DNA of 64,000 nt. Source: Armatimonadota bacterium. Lineage in GTDB: Bacteria > Armatimonadota > SYMT01. Both the position numbers and the translations under genes were made by a program. The stretch lies in contig JBKBRF010000026.1 in the NCBI GenBank assembly GCA_046292385.1, forward strand, positions 1-64,000. The letters run 5' to 3'. Under the pieces are notes generated by a model. The model was given only the letters and a program-made list of their open reading frames with translations, did no database searches and was not told the origin of the DNA. This document shows, one piece after another, positions 12,626 through 22,929 of the stretch. Within the stretch, counting starts at the first letter, position 1. Every line of letters begins with the position of its first letter.

Positions 12626-12838
12626 TGGACCCACTCTCCTTCCGCCGCACCCGGCGCGGACACCGCCCGCCGGCGCCCGGCAACACTTCGCCGGGCGAGG
12701 GAGGGGTTCCTTTCCCGCCCTTCCCAGGCGACTCCGAACCTTTTCAGGAGATGTGGGGATGGGGGACGGGGATGAGGGGATGGGCTGGACCCCGTCCGAG
12801 GAGAGGAGGTAACCCCAGGAGCACCTGGGAAGTACTCC

Positions 12839-13393
12839 TTGTCGCCCCGGGGCGGGGCGTCCTCTGCCGGAGTGACGAGCTCGCTCGGCCCTGCCCACGG
12901 AGTGAAGTCGGCTCCGTCAAGCGGGCAGAGCTCGACGGAGGAGCACACCTGCTCGGGATCGGGGTGCTGGGGCTCGTGCTGTCCGACCGCCGGTGGAGGT
13001 GACGCGATGGGACGCTGCGCGGCGGGGGCGGTGCTGGCGATCGGAGGCTTTCTCCACACGCTGGCGATGCCAACATGCATCGCTGATCCGTTCCTGATCG
13101 GCCTGGGTTACGTCCACTTCGTGCTTGCCGCCGTGGGAGTGTACCTCATCCTTACAGGGCACCGTGGGCGGGAGCTTTCACGCCCGGACGCGCCGTCCGC
13201 TGCCGGGCGGGGTGTGCTCCCACTCACGGGCCGCTGGAGGGCTCCGGGACTCGTGGTGCTTCTCGCCGGGGTGATGGCCTGGAGCCACTTGCTGACGCCC
13301 GGGGCGGTTTCCGAGCTGGAGTATCGCACTCTCGCGGCGCTGCCGGTCGGATGCCTTCTGGCGATGGCCCACGTGCTGGAGCGATACACCTGA
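12839..13393 (+). CDS. Possible small membrane protein (start uncertain)
   Basis: About 4 hydrophobic segments in C-terminal two thirds; fills intergenic gap. Confidence 0.4.
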   Translation: MSPRGGASSAGVTSSLGPAHGVKSAPSSGQSSTEEHTCSGSGCWGSCCPTAGGGDAMGRCAAGAVLAIGGFLHTLAMPTCIADPFLIGLGYVHFVLAAVGVYLILTGHRGRELSRPDAPSAAGRGVLPLTGRWRAPGLVVLLAGVMAWSHLLTPGAVSELEYRTLAALPVGCLLAMAHVLERYT

Positions 13394-13463
13394 TCCGCGC
13401 GGGAACTGCTCCGTCGGGTGCTACGTTTCCGTAGTGGACCGCGTACTGATCGGGAGGACGGCG

Positions 13464-14396
13464 ATGCGGAAGCTGGTGCTGCCGGGCGGGGGCGGGTACC
13501 TGGGCGCGTTCCTGGTCCGCCACTTCGTGGAGCGCGGCTGGGAGGTGGTGGTGCTCTCCCGCCGGCCGGAGCGGGTGACCGGCGCCCGGGGCGTCTACTG
13601 GGACGGCGGCACGGTGGGGGAGTGGGCGCGGGAACTGGAGGGCGCCGCGGCGGTGATGAACCTGGCGGGGCGCAGCGTCAACTGCCGGTACCACGCGCCG
13701 AACCGCCGCGAGATCTACGAGTCCCGGCTCCGCTCCACGGCGGCGGTCGGCGCGGCGATTGCGGCGTGCGCGGAGCCCCCACCGGTCTGGATCAACTCCA
13801 GCTCGGCTACCATCTACCGCCACGCGCTCGACCGTCCGATGGACGAGACGACCGGCGAGATCGGCACGGGGTTTTCGGTCGACGTCTGCCTCCGCTGGGA
13901 GCGGGCGCTGGCGGACGCCCCCACGCCGGGGACGCGGAAGGTCGCGCTCCGCTCCGCGCTGGTGCTCGGTCCCGGCCGGGGCGGAGTGATGGAAGTCTTC
14001 CAGCGCCTGGCGCGCCTCGGACTCGGCGGCACGATGGGACGCGGCGACCAGTTCGTGAGCTGGGTCCACGCGGACGACTTCTGCCGGGCAGTCGAGTGGC
14101 TGATCGAGCACCCGGAGCTGGAGGGACCGGTCAACTGCGCCGCGCCGAGCCCGGTCCCGAACCGCGAGTTCATGCGCCTGCTGCGCCGCGCCTGCGGCGT
14201 GCCGTTCGGACTGCCCGCGGCGGACTGGATGCTGGAGATCGGCGCCTACCTCCTCAACTCCGAGACGGAGCTGCTCCTCAAGAGCCGCCGCGTCGTCCCC
14301 GGCCGCCTGCTCGCCTCCGGCTTCGAGCTCCGCTACCCGCATCCGGCGGAGGCGCTGGAGGACCTGTGCCGGGCCGCTCCCGCTGTTGCAGGTTAG
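13464..14396 (+). CDS. TIGR01777 family NAD-dependent epimerase/oxidoreductase
   Basis: GGGGYLG Rossmann motif, NLAG, SWVH.DD, LLKSRRVVP. Confidence 0.9.
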   Translation: MRKLVLPGGGGYLGAFLVRHFVERGWEVVVLSRRPERVTGARGVYWDGGTVGEWARELEGAAAVMNLAGRSVNCRYHAPNRREIYESRLRSTAAVGAAIAACAEPPPVWINSSSATIYRHALDRPMDETTGEIGTGFSVDVCLRWERALADAPTPGTRKVALRSALVLGPGRGGVMEVFQRLARLGLGGTMGRGDQFVSWVHADDFCRAVEWLIEHPELEGPVNCAAPSPVPNREFMRLLRRACGVPFGLPAADWMLEIGAYLLNSETELLLKSRRVVPGRLLASGFELRYPHPAEALEDLCRAAPAVAG

Positions 14397-14568
14397 CAAG
14401 TTGCAGGTTCCAGGTTGCCTCTCTCGCCGGAGGGGCGGTCGAAAACCTGGAACCTGGAACCTGCAAACCTGTTAACAGCGATGCCCCGTCCGATCGTGGT
14501 AAAAACCTGACGGGACCGCCGCCGGTGGTCCGCGCTATTCCGTCCTACGAGAGCTGGAGACCTTCCCG

Positions 14569-15258
14569 ATGCCGACCCTGCGCTATCTCGGACATTCCGC
14601 CGCGGAAGTGATCGACGGCGATACCCGCGTGTTGATCGACCCGTTCCTCACCGGCAACTCGCTCGCCGCCGCGCAGGCCGACGAGCTGGAGCCGCGCGCC
14701 ATCCTGATCAGTCACGGCCACAACGACCACGTGGGGGACGCCATCGAGATCGCGAAGCGGTCCGAGGCGCTCTGCGTCGGCACCTTCGAGCTGGCGACGT
14801 GGCTGGAGAGCAAAGGGGTGAGCGCGCACGGCATGCACGTGGGCGGCGCGCACCAGTTCGACTGGGGCTGGGTGAAGCTCACCCTGGCGTTCCACGGCAG
14901 CACCTACGTGGAGCAGGACGGCACCTTCGTCCCGTTCGGCCAGCCCGCCGGCGTTCTCTTCCGCACTGGCGGCAGCACCCTCTACCACGCGGGCGACACG
15001 GCGCTCTTCGGCGACATGGCGCTGATCGCCCGACACGGCATCGATCTCGCGCTGCTGCCGATTGGCGACAACTTCACCATGGGCCCGGAAGACGCCCTCG
15101 AGGCGGTGCGGCTGCTGAAGCCGAAGGTAGTGGTCCCGATCCACTACGATACATTCCCGGTGATCCGCCAGGACGCCCGGGCCTGGGCCGAGCAGGTCAC
15201 CGCCCAGACGGGAGTCCGCGCGGTGGCGCTGCAGCCGGGAGAAACAATCGACTACTAA
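14569..15258 (+). CDS. Metal-dependent hydrolase, UPF0173 / MBL fold
   Basis: SHGHNDH, YHAGDT, LPIGDNFTM, PIHYDTF. Confidence 0.92.
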   Translation: MPTLRYLGHSAAEVIDGDTRVLIDPFLTGNSLAAAQADELEPRAILISHGHNDHVGDAIEIAKRSEALCVGTFELATWLESKGVSAHGMHVGGAHQFDWGWVKLTLAFHGSTYVEQDGTFVPFGQPAGVLFRTGGSTLYHAGDTALFGDMALIARHGIDLALLPIGDNFTMGPEDALEAVRLLKPKVVVPIHYDTFPVIRQDARAWAEQVTAQTGVRAVALQPGETIDY

Positions 15259-15422
15259 AGGCAAAAGGCTAAAGGCAAAAGGCAAAAGCCGGACCCCTCG
15301 TGCGCAGTGCTGCGCCCCCACTCCATAATCTCGACCACGAACCGGAGTAGGATGGCGACACAGCGGTATGAGGGTTCGGAACTTTAGCCTTCAGCCTTTT
15401 GCCTTTAGCCTTTAAGGGCCTT

Positions 15423-15445
<23 letters not shown>
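15256..15445. repeat. Palindromic element with (AAAGGCW)n arms around GGACCCCTC/GAGGGTTCGG core
   Basis: Heptamer tract 15256-15290 and its reverse complement 15383-15445. Confidence 0.85.
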
Positions 15446-17192
<1,747 letters not shown>

Positions 17193-17605
17193 GGTCCGAT
17201 CCTGTGCGTTGCGCCCGTCCGCGGGCGAGGCGCGGCAGCGCGCCTGCAAATGCTATCCCACGACGGGACGGGAATGGGAGTAGCTCCCGGACACCCGGAA
17301 GCAAGGCCTGCAGGAGGCCGGTGGACGGCAGCCGTTTACGCCCGGCGCCGTCCGAGGGGACCACGCCGGGCTAGAGGTCGACGTCCTTCGCCGCCCGGGA
17401 GCGCCGGGGGCGGAGGCTGGCCTGTGGGGAAAGGAGGTTCAACACGACGGATCCGAAAGCGAGCCGCCGCAGGCGCGGCAGCACTGCGGCCAGTCTACCG
17501 GAAACCGCGCACTTTGGGAAGGCTGGAGCAATCCGCGCGGGAGCAGGATTGCCGTAGACGGAGGGCGCTCTTTCCTCTCCCCTCTTCCATCTCCCCAGCA
17601 GGTAC

Positions 17606-17638
17606 AAAAGAAAGGCGGCTCTGGCTTGCAGAGCCGCC
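17606..17638 (-). terminator. Intrinsic terminator
   Basis: 10-bp stem GGCGGCTCTG/CAGAGCCGCC followed by TTTCTTTT on minus strand. Confidence 0.8.
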
Positions 17639-17818
17639 CAGTTACTGAAAGGAGTGTCAGCAACCGAAACGCATGCTAATTATCGGCGCGGGGCGGAAAT
17701 CTGTAGGGCGAAATGCTCACTTTCGCACGGGGAAATCACAGCGGTTCCAGAGCGAAGCGCATCCCCCTCATTCCCAGTCCCATCCCCCCATCTCCTGAAA
17801 AGGGTTCGGAAAGCCGCC

Positions 17819-18406
17819 TCACGCGAGATTCGCCCGCTGGCGGGCCCGCCGCGCGCGGATCCAGCGCCGGAGCATCACCACGGCGGCGGTGAGGCCGAGG
17901 ACTGCCACCAGGGGCGCGACCACGGCGAGGATCACTCCGAGGAAGGCGATCAGGTCTTCTACGAAGCTCAAGATCGGATTGCCGGCGCCCGCCGTGAGGC
18001 TGGTGCTCGCCACCCGGGTGCCCGCCTTGGCGAGATGGAGCCCGCCGGCGATCGGCGCGCCGACGATGATCCCGGCCGCTACCGCGTAAGTCGGCGAGAG
18101 CTGCGAGAAGGCGCCGATCGCCACCAGCGCCCCCGCCGCCGGGCGGGCGACGGTGTAGAAGACGTCGAGGGCGTGGTCGACCACCGGGATCTTGTCCGCC
18201 ATGATCTCGGCCACGGTGGCGATCCCGAAGACGAGGAGCGCCTCGTTGGAGCCGACCCAGCCGTACCACCCCTCCACCGGCCACCACCCGGCCCGCACCG
18301 CGATTCCCGCGGTGAGCAGCGGCAGGAACGCGCGCAGGCCGGCGCACGCCGCCAGGCTGATTCCCATCAAGATCGCCCCGACCGGGGTCAGGTCCCACGC
18401 AGGCAT
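17819..18406 (-). CDS. DUF4126 family membrane protein
   Basis: AACAGLRAFLPLL, EIMADKIPVVDHALD, NPILSFVED. Confidence 0.88.
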   Translation of the reverse strand: MPAWDLTPVGAILMGISLAACAGLRAFLPLLTAGIAVRAGWWPVEGWYGWVGSNEALLVFGIATVAEIMADKIPVVDHALDVFYTVARPAAGALVAIGAFSQLSPTYAVAAGIIVGAPIAGGLHLAKAGTRVASTSLTAGAGNPILSFVEDLIAFLGVILAVVAPLVAVLGLTAAVVMLRRWIRARRARQRANLA

Positions 18407-18555
18407 GTCGTTTCCCCTCCACTCCACGCACTCTTACCGCTCAGTGGCATATTCTCTAACGCGCGCCGCCCCCGGTGGTTGCGTGGGGGAGATCTGACAA
18501 TTCCGCCCGGGTCCGGCAAAGTGGAGTCAGTTCTCTCCCCTCGCGAGGTGCCGGA

Positions 18556-19788
18556 ATGCCCGACGCCCCCCTACCGCTCGAAAGTCCCTCCCGCACCCTG
18601 CCGCCCCGTCTGCCGCCCGCGCCGCCCGGCACCGGGGATTGGGGCGGCGATGACGACGATCGCTCCACGCCCTGGAGCCAGCGGATCGCCCTCTGCCTGC
18701 TGTCCGGCCGCCGCGCGCTGGAGCAGATCCGGCTGGCGCTGGAGGTGCGGGAGGGCGGGACCCGGCCGGAATTCGACTGCGCCGGGGCGCTGGAGGTGGA
18801 GAAGAAGGGAGTAGCCGCGTGCGTCGCCGGCGTGCTGTCGCTGCTTGCGAGCCCGCCGCTCCGGAGCAGCGGCATGGGGACGGCGCCGCGCGGCTCACTC
18901 TTTGAAGAGGAGTTTGTCGAGCGCCTCCACGGGCAGCTGCTCTCCCTGCTCGGCGTCGGTGTCGACCCCCTCCTGATCGACAGCGTGCTGAGCACCGAGG
19001 TCTTCCAGCGCTGCGCCCGAGAGGAGCGGGTCAGCTCCGAGGAGCTTCCCCCACGCTACCGGCTGCCGGAGGCCCCCGCCTGCTTCACCGGGGAAGCAGC
19101 CCAGCTTCCGGGGCTGGTCGTCATCCTCGCCGCCTTCCGCGCGCTGCAGGAGGAGGCGGAGCGCGACGAAGGCTACGCCGACCTGTTCACCCTGGAGCGC
19201 GGCCTCTACCGCCGCTACCTCGCGCTGCTCTGGGCGGTGTTCCACGCCAACCCGTCGCTGGTGGTCCTTTCGCTGCCGTGGACGGAGAGCCGGCTCGTCC
19301 GCCTGCTCGAGGATCTCCACTCCGAGGTGATCACTCTCCGGTTGACCGCTGAAACCGTCGACGTATTCCCGGAGGAGCGAGAGCTCTCCGACGAGCTGCG
19401 CGCTTCCGCCGAGCGGTCCCGCAGCCGGGCGCTCCTGCTGCTCCTGCGCGTCGAAGCGTGGCTCGGACGCCCGGGACCGGGAGGCCCCGGCGAGCGCGCG
19501 GCGTTTCTCTCGTGCTTCCGGGACGCGCTGCAGCCGCTGGTCCGCGGCCCGGAGGAGGAAGCTCCCGCGCGGGTGTCCGCTCCGCGCTACCAGCTCTGCG
19601 GCGGCTCGGCGGACGACCTCGCCCGTTTTCCCGGACCGGCCTTCGCGGAGGCGCTGATCTCCGACTTCCGCACCGCACTCACGGAGCTCGACTGGCGGAG
19701 CCTGCCGGCGGCGGAGCGTCTCCTGGGCAACGCCGCCGCGCTTCTTTTCGGCGCCACGCTCGCCGAAGAGCTGTCGGGGGCGCGGTAG
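18556..19788 (+). CDS. Hypothetical protein (long paralog)
   Basis: GAGGT RBS; N-terminal ~230 aa homologous to 19892-20587. Confidence 0.75.
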   Translation: MPDAPLPLESPSRTLPPRLPPAPPGTGDWGGDDDDRSTPWSQRIALCLLSGRRALEQIRLALEVREGGTRPEFDCAGALEVEKKGVAACVAGVLSLLASPPLRSSGMGTAPRGSLFEEEFVERLHGQLLSLLGVGVDPLLIDSVLSTEVFQRCAREERVSSEELPPRYRLPEAPACFTGEAAQLPGLVVILAAFRALQEEAERDEGYADLFTLERGLYRRYLALLWAVFHANPSLVVLSLPWTESRLVRLLEDLHSEVITLRLTAETVDVFPEERELSDELRASAERSRSRALLLLLRVEAWLGRPGPGGPGERAAFLSCFRDALQPLVRGPEEEAPARVSAPRYQLCGGSADDLARFPGPAFAEALISDFRTALTELDWRSLPAAERLLGNAAALLFGATLAEELSGAR

Positions 19789-19891
19789 GGGGAGCGTGAA
19801 CCCGGCACCTCGGGCCCGGGTGGGGGAGGGCTGACAATCCGCGTCAATTCCGGCAAAGTGGAGTCATCTCTTTCGCTCGCGAGGTGCCGGT

Positions 19892-20587
19892 ATGCCGGAT
19901 GCTCCCCTGCCGCTCGAGAGTCCATTCCGTACCGAGCCGCCGCGCTACCCGCCGGCGCCGCCCGGAACCGGAGACTGGGGCGGCGACGCCGGGCGTCCGC
20001 AGTCGTGGAGTCAGCAGGTGCGGATCTGCCTGCAGTTAGGGCGTGAGGCGCTGGAACAGGCCCGAAGAGAGCTTCAGGCGCGGGAGCTGGGGGCGGACTC
20101 GGCGGGGGACTGCGCCAGCATCCTGAAGGTGGAGCGGCAGGTGGTGACGCTCTGCGCGACCGCCGCCCACACCTATGTCGTGAACGCGCCCCCGGAGAGC
20201 GTACGGCCCGATCCCAACCGCTCCGAGCCGGGAGGCGACGAGGTGTTTCTCGCCCGCTTCCGCGGGCACCTGCTCTGCCTCCTCGGCATGGGAGTCGAGC
20301 CGGAGGTGCTGGACCGCGCGCTCGGTACCGACGTCTTCCGCCGCCGCGGCGAGGCGGAGCGCGCGCCGGGGCAGCCGGTTATCCCGCGCTACTCCCTTCC
20401 CACCGGACCATGGCTCACGCTGGAAGAGGGACTCACGCTGCCCGGACTGGTCTTCGCCGCGGCCGCCTTCCGGGCGCTGCAGCGGGAGGCGGAGCGGGAC
20501 GAGAGCTACTCCGATCTGGAGACGCTGGAGCGCGGCCTCTACCGCCGCTACCTCGCGACCCTCTGGGCGGCGCTGCTGGCGGAGTGA
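19892..20587 (+). CDS. Hypothetical protein (short paralog)
   Basis: Shares MPDAPLPLESP...PPAPPGTGDWGGD and TLERGLYRRYLA with upstream gene. Confidence 0.75.
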   Translation: MPDAPLPLESPFRTEPPRYPPAPPGTGDWGGDAGRPQSWSQQVRICLQLGREALEQARRELQARELGADSAGDCASILKVERQVVTLCATAAHTYVVNAPPESVRPDPNRSEPGGDEVFLARFRGHLLCLLGMGVEPEVLDRALGTDVFRRRGEAERAPGQPVIPRYSLPTGPWLTLEEGLTLPGLVFAAAAFRALQREAERDESYSDLETLERGLYRRYLATLWAALLAE

Positions 20588-20627
20588 TGGGGATCCGGCA
20601 GGCGCAGCATCCCAAAAGGAGGCGACC

Positions 20628-20744
20628 ATGCAGCGGACCCGGATACCGCTACCACTGACCGGACGCTGGCTCCGCTACTTCCTCCGCACGCTGTTCGCGG
20701 CGTTGGTGCTCCTCTGGCCGCTCATCGTCTTCCTCTCGCGATGA
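20628..20744 (+). CDS. 38-aa single-TM small protein
   Basis: AGGAGG RBS; MQRTRIPLPLTGRWLRYFLRTLFAALVLLWPLIVFLSR; below ORF-track cutoff. Confidence 0.6.
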   Translation: MQRTRIPLPLTGRWLRYFLRTLFAALVLLWPLIVFLSR

Positions 20745-20851
20745 CCCGGCTCGGTCTCCGGCCCGTTCCCAGAGGGAGCGCAGTAGAATAGAGCACGGAC
20801 CCTGTGCCTCAATTCTCAGCGCCGTCGGCGCTCTCCGCGGTGAATCCCCTC

Positions 20852-21466
20852 ATGCAAGACTGCAGCGTGATCTTCCTGGCCGGCGGGCGGAGCAGCCGCA
20901 TGGGCACCCCGAAGGCATGGCTCGAGCTCGAGGGCCGGCCGCTCCTGGCGCACCTGGTGGAGCGGATGCTCGGGACCTTTCCGGAAGTGGTGGTCGTCGC
21001 CGCGCCGGGCCAGGAGCTGCCGCCCACGCCGGCCCGCGTGGTCTACGACGAGCAGCCGGGGGAGGGGCCGGTCGCCGGGCTGGTGGTCGGGCTGCGGGAG
21101 GTCACCCGCCCGCTCGCCTTCGCGGCGTCGTGCGACGTTCCCTTCCTCTCGCCGGGGCTGGCGGCGCACCTCGCCGGGCTGGCGGGCGACGAGTACGACG
21201 TGGTGGTGCCGGAGTGGCAGGGCCGCATCCATCCGCTCCACGCGGTCTACCGCGCGTCCGTGCAGCCGCTGCTGGCGGAGCAGCTTGCCGCCGGGATGCG
21301 GCGCCCGGTGGCGCTCTACGAGCGGGTGCGGACTCGCACCGTGCGCGAGGATGAGCTGCGCGCGCGCGACCCGGAGGGACTCTCGTTCCTGAACATGAAC
21401 ACGCCGGAAGAGTACGAGCGCGCGAAGGAGCGGTGGGCCGCGTGGACCCGGACGCGATCGAAGTAG
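20852..21466 (+). CDS. mobA: Molybdenum cofactor guanylyltransferase
   Basis: LAGGRSSRMG.PKA, GPVAG, CDVPF, HPLHAVY, FLNMNTPEE. Confidence 0.92.
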   Translation: MQDCSVIFLAGGRSSRMGTPKAWLELEGRPLLAHLVERMLGTFPEVVVVAAPGQELPPTPARVVYDEQPGEGPVAGLVVGLREVTRPLAFAASCDVPFLSPGLAAHLAGLAGDEYDVVVPEWQGRIHPLHAVYRASVQPLLAEQLAAGMRRPVALYERVRTRTVREDELRARDPEGLSFLNMNTPEEYERAKERWAAWTRTRSK

Positions 21467-21726
21467 AGCTGCTCGGCGTGGCCCGCGTCCTGGCCCGGCG
21501 CGAGACGATCCCGCTTTCCGTCCCGCAGCCCGCCACCCTCGCCGGAGTCGGCGCCGCGCTCCTGGGGCAGGCCCCCGCGCTCGCCGGCACCGTGCTCCAC
21601 CCGGACGGCACCCTCCGCCCCGGCTACGCCTATTCTCGCGCCGGCAAGTCGCTCCTCCACAGCCCGGATGAGCCGGTCCACCCCGGCGACCGCCTCCTGC
21701 TCCTCTCCATCATCGCCGGAGGTTGA
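21442..21726 (+). CDS. MoaD/ThiS family ubiquitin-like protein
   Basis: ~95 aa ending IAGG; overlaps mobA 3' end. Confidence 0.75.
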   Translation: MDPDAIEVELLGVARVLARRETIPLSVPQPATLAGVGAALLGQAPALAGTVLHPDGTLRPGYAYSRAGKSLLHSPDEPVHPGDRLLLLSIIAGG

Positions 21727-21749
21727 GCCTTTCCGGACCGGTGTAAGAA

Positions 21750-21910
21750 AGGGGATCAGGGGGATGGTAGGGGATAGGGGGATGGAACTAGGTCGGAGTG
21801 CAGAGGGCGGAGTGCAGAGGATCGAACCCCTCGTACACAGGGTTTGAATTCCGCACTCCGAACTCCGCCCTCTGCACTTGAGACATCCCCTTATCCCCCC
21901 TATCCCCATA
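21750..21910. repeat. Nested palindromic tandem-repeat element
   Basis: Outer GGGGAT/ATCCCC arms; inner GGAGTGC-AGAGGGC arms around CGAACCCCTCG...AGGGTTTGAA. Confidence 0.8.
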
Positions 21911-21933
21911 TCTCCCTTCTTACACCTCCCCCT

Positions 21934-22815
21934 TCAGGCCTCTCGCCAGTCTGTCATGTCGATCCGTTTTAGCTCGGTCTGGAGATCGGCTCCTTCGTAG
22001 AACCAGAGGCCGCCGCGGAGGCGCTGGGTCTCGCCGGGGGCGCAGTCCGGGTACTTCGGGTCGGAGTGGAGGCAGGGGCAGGGGGGATTGCCCCAGGCGC
22101 GGTGGCACGGGTCCCAGGCGGTAATGATCCAGCGCTTCTTCTCCGCGTCGTGGCAGGCGACGTAGGGCGGCTGGAAGACCTTGTTCTCGTTCGTGAGCTG
22201 CTCGAAGCCGGAGAGGCCCTTCAGCATCAGGCAGTTCTGCACCCGCAGGTCGGTCAGCCGCTCCGGGGTGCCGTTGGTGAGCCACTGCTCCATCCGCAAC
22301 CGGTCCCGCTGCGGCGTCACGCGAGTGCCGAAGACGATGCCGTTCGGCAGGCGCCGCTCCATCTCCAGCACGCCGCTCTCTCGCCGCTGCCACTCCTGCG
22401 ACTTCAGCTCGACGCCGCGCTGGCTCCAGATCGTGGGAACGTGGACGTGCGCCAGGTAGGTGAGGCCGAGGTTCGACCAGATCGCCTCCGGCACGTCGGC
22501 CACCGCGTAGCTGGTCGGATCCCACGGGGCGAAGACGCTCACCTTCGTCTCCCGCTGCGGGTTGATGGCACCCTCGAGGAACTGGATGCGAGGGTGGCGC
22601 CCACCGGGGTAGGGCAGCACGTGGATCGGCGCGTCCCTTTGGCGCTCCGGGCGGTTGGTGTAGTCGATGCCGAATTCACCGCGCAGCCGGGAGACCTCCG
22701 GGAGGGGCATTCCGAAGACTGCGGCGATCTCCTCGTCGCTGTAGTGGTGGTACCAGATCATGTTCTCGAGCCACGCTTTTAGCTCGCCTCGAGACTGGGT
22801 CGGCCGCGGTTCCAT
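21934..22815 (-). CDS. Conserved hypothetical protein
   Basis: 293-aa globular-looking ORF (PYPGGRHPRI, DVPEAIWSN, NPPCPCLHSDP). Confidence 0.75.
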   Translation of the reverse strand: MEPRPTQSRGELKAWLENMIWYHHYSDEEIAAVFGMPLPEVSRLRGEFGIDYTNRPERQRDAPIHVLPYPGGRHPRIQFLEGAINPQRETKVSVFAPWDPTSYAVADVPEAIWSNLGLTYLAHVHVPTIWSQRGVELKSQEWQRRESGVLEMERRLPNGIVFGTRVTPQRDRLRMEQWLTNGTPERLTDLRVQNCLMLKGLSGFEQLTNENKVFQPPYVACHDAEKKRWIITAWDPCHRAWGNPPCPCLHSDPKYPDCAPGETQRLRGGLWFYEGADLQTELKRIDMTDWREA

Positions 22816-22929
22816 CGCGAGTCTCCGGGTCGAATCACGGGCCGGGAGTAACCTCCGGCGGGCGGCAATCGTAATCACATTCGGCCCCCGCGTCACCCCT
22901 CCTCCAAGCACGCCAGGAACCAGGTCCCG

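Noticed and set aside
17193..17420. T-box upstream of aspS
   Set aside because: No GGTGGNACCGCG-type T-box sequence found
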